NCBI GenBank assembly: GCA_963770895.1
Contig: CAVYRF010000001.1
Coordinates: forward strand, 224,001-288,000
From: an uncultured Acidobacteriota bacterium
GTDB taxonomy: Bacteria > Acidobacteriota > Thermoanaerobaculia > Multivoradales > UBA5704
DNA length: 64,000 nt
Direction: 5' to 3'
In this document: positions 62,633-64,000 of the stretch, piece by piece
How positions within the stretch are numbered: the stretch's first letter is position 1
Layout: each line of letters opens with the position of its first letter
Translations under genes and position numbers: made by a program
Notes under the pieces: model-generated
Databases searched by the model: none
Told to the model about the DNA's origin: nothing
Seen by the model: only the letters and a program-made list of their open reading frames with translations

Positions 62633-63526
62633 TCAGAGGGCGCGCAGCTTCTCCATGTTCTTCCAGCCGCTGTCGCCCGAGATGGCGACGATCGTGCCGT
62701 CGATGCCCAGCTGCTGCGCCGTGCACACGGCCGCCTGCACCACGCCGCCGGTCTGGATGCCGACGAAGAGGCCGCGGTCGCGCAGCGCCAGGGTGCGTGC
62801 GGCCGCCTGCGCGAATTCGATGCGCGCCACGTGGTCGAAATAGCGGTCGTAGCCCAACTGGATGAACGGGGTGATGTAGTCGCCTTCGTCGAACGAACCG
62901 GTGCCGGGCAGGCGGGTGCCCACCGCGGACTGCACGGCCACCACGACCACGCCGGGCCGCTTCTCCTTGAGAAACTGCGCCGTTCCCAAAAGCGTGCCGC
63001 CGGTGCCGAGCGAGCCCACCACCATCGCCACGTCGGGGAAGTCGCTCAGGATCTCGGGGCCCGTCGTCTCGTAGTGGGCGCGCGGATTGGCCCACGAATG
63101 CAGCTGGTCCAGGAAGCAGTAGCGGTCGGGGGCGGCGGCGGCGATGTCGCGGCAGGCGCGGCTGCCCTCGATGGTGAACTCGCCCATGGTGTCCAACTGA
63201 GCGCCGTAGTAGCACATGAAACCGCGCTTGTCGTCGGTGAGCTTCGAGCTGGAGATGATCTTCACCGGATGGCCCAACAGCCGGCCGAAGTAGGCGATGG
63301 CGCAGCCCATGTTGCCGCTCGACGCGTCGATCAGCGTGCGTCCGGGCGACAGCGATCCCGCTTGCAGGTTCTCCTGCAGCAGCTTGACGCAGGCTCGGTC
63401 TTTGACGCTGCCGGTCGGGTTGGTCCCCTCCATCTTGACGAACAGATCGCCAACGGCCAGGTCGGGACAGGGCATTCTGAGGTGAGGCGTCTTGCCGACC
63501 ATCGCCCAAACGTCTTCGCAGCGCAT
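62633..63526 (-). CDS. PLP-dependent cysteine synthase family protein
   Basis: VGKTP, KMEGTNPTGSVKDR, SSGNMG, HYETTGPEI, GTGGT. Confidence 0.9.
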   Translation of the reverse strand: MRCEDVWAMVGKTPHLRMPCPDLAVGDLFVKMEGTNPTGSVKDRACVKLLQENLQAGSLSPGRTLIDASSGNMGCAIAYFGRLLGHPVKIISSSKLTDDKRGFMCYYGAQLDTMGEFTIEGSRACRDIAAAAPDRYCFLDQLHSWANPRAHYETTGPEILSDFPDVAMVVGSLGTGGTLLGTAQFLKEKRPGVVVVAVQSAVGTRLPGTGSFDEGDYITPFIQLGYDRYFDHVARIEFAQAAARTLALRDRGLFVGIQTGGVVQAAVCTAQQLGIDGTIVAISGDSGWKNMEKLRAL

Positions 63527-63704
63527 GCAAAGCCCCCTTTCAGCTGTGGAAGTGCGCGCCGGTCTTGCAACCGGGCTGGAACCGCCCGGTTGCAATCCAA
63601 ACAATAGATGTGCCGTGCCGGACCGATCCGGGTCTATGCTCGGCTCGGCATCGCGCTGCAGAGCCGCGACTGCCGGTCCTGCAGGGACAGGGGGTATCGC
63701 TCCA

Positions 63705-64000
63705 ATGGAACCGTCGTATCACCGCCGGCGCCGGGATCCAGGCGGCGGCGGAGCAGCCGTGCCGGGAGCCGCGGCCGCCAGAGACCGCGCCGTGCGGCGT
63801 GGGCTGGCGGGTGCGGTGGTGGCGTTGGCGATGGCGGCGGCGGTTGCGGCGATGGCGGTCGCGGGGGCGGGAGCGGCCGGCCCGCTGTGGGGGCTGGTGC
63901 CGGCCGCCGCGGCGGGAACGGCGGACGCGGCGGGTGCGGTGGGTGCGGCGGGCGCCAACCTGGACCCGGTGTATGCGGCGCTGCGCGGGGCGCGGCTGGA
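63705..64000 (+). CDS. 5' end of a probable secreted protein (runs off window edge)
   Basis: Open frame from ATG 63705 with a hydrophobic signal-like stretch, then DPVYAALRGARL. Confidence 0.45.
   Translation, partial: MEPSYHRRRRDPGGGGAAVPGAAAARDRAVRRGLAGAVVALAMAAAVAAMAVAGAGAAGPLWGLVPAAAAGTADAAGAVGAAGANLDPVYAALRGARL

Overview
High-GC bacterial DNA. The pilin type, IPTL-CTERM sorting signal and peptide-leader style suggest a soil Acidobacteriota (Thermoanaerobaculia-like) genome, which is an inference. The core of the window is a tightly coupled, ArgR-controlled arginine operon (argR-argG-X-argC-argD-argF'-argB-argE-argH) of the N-acetylornithine-transcarbamylase type. It lacks any argA/argJ but carries an unannotated P-loop (DUF1611/DgcN-like) gene X, a candidate new N-acetylglutamate synthase. 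A carbamate kinase lies just downstream and a 67-bp tandem repeat array lies just upstream of the ARG box. Accessory regions hold a GmrSD-like nuclease, a lower-GC AAA-ATPase(DUF3696)+PIN pair (candidate defence module), a repeat-flanked VapBC module, and an orphan double-glycine Cys/Thr-rich RiPP precursor. They also hold two near-identical tandem pilins behind a sigma-54 promoter, an ACAD-phosphotransferase fusion with reversed ACAD10/11 domain order, an ice-binding DUF3494 protein, two ECF sigma/anti-sigma pairs (one with twin divergent promoters), copCD, and many deletion-scar pseudogene fragments. No rRNA, tRNA, CRISPR array, integrase or transposase was recognised. All family calls come from motif recognition by eye, not from database searches.
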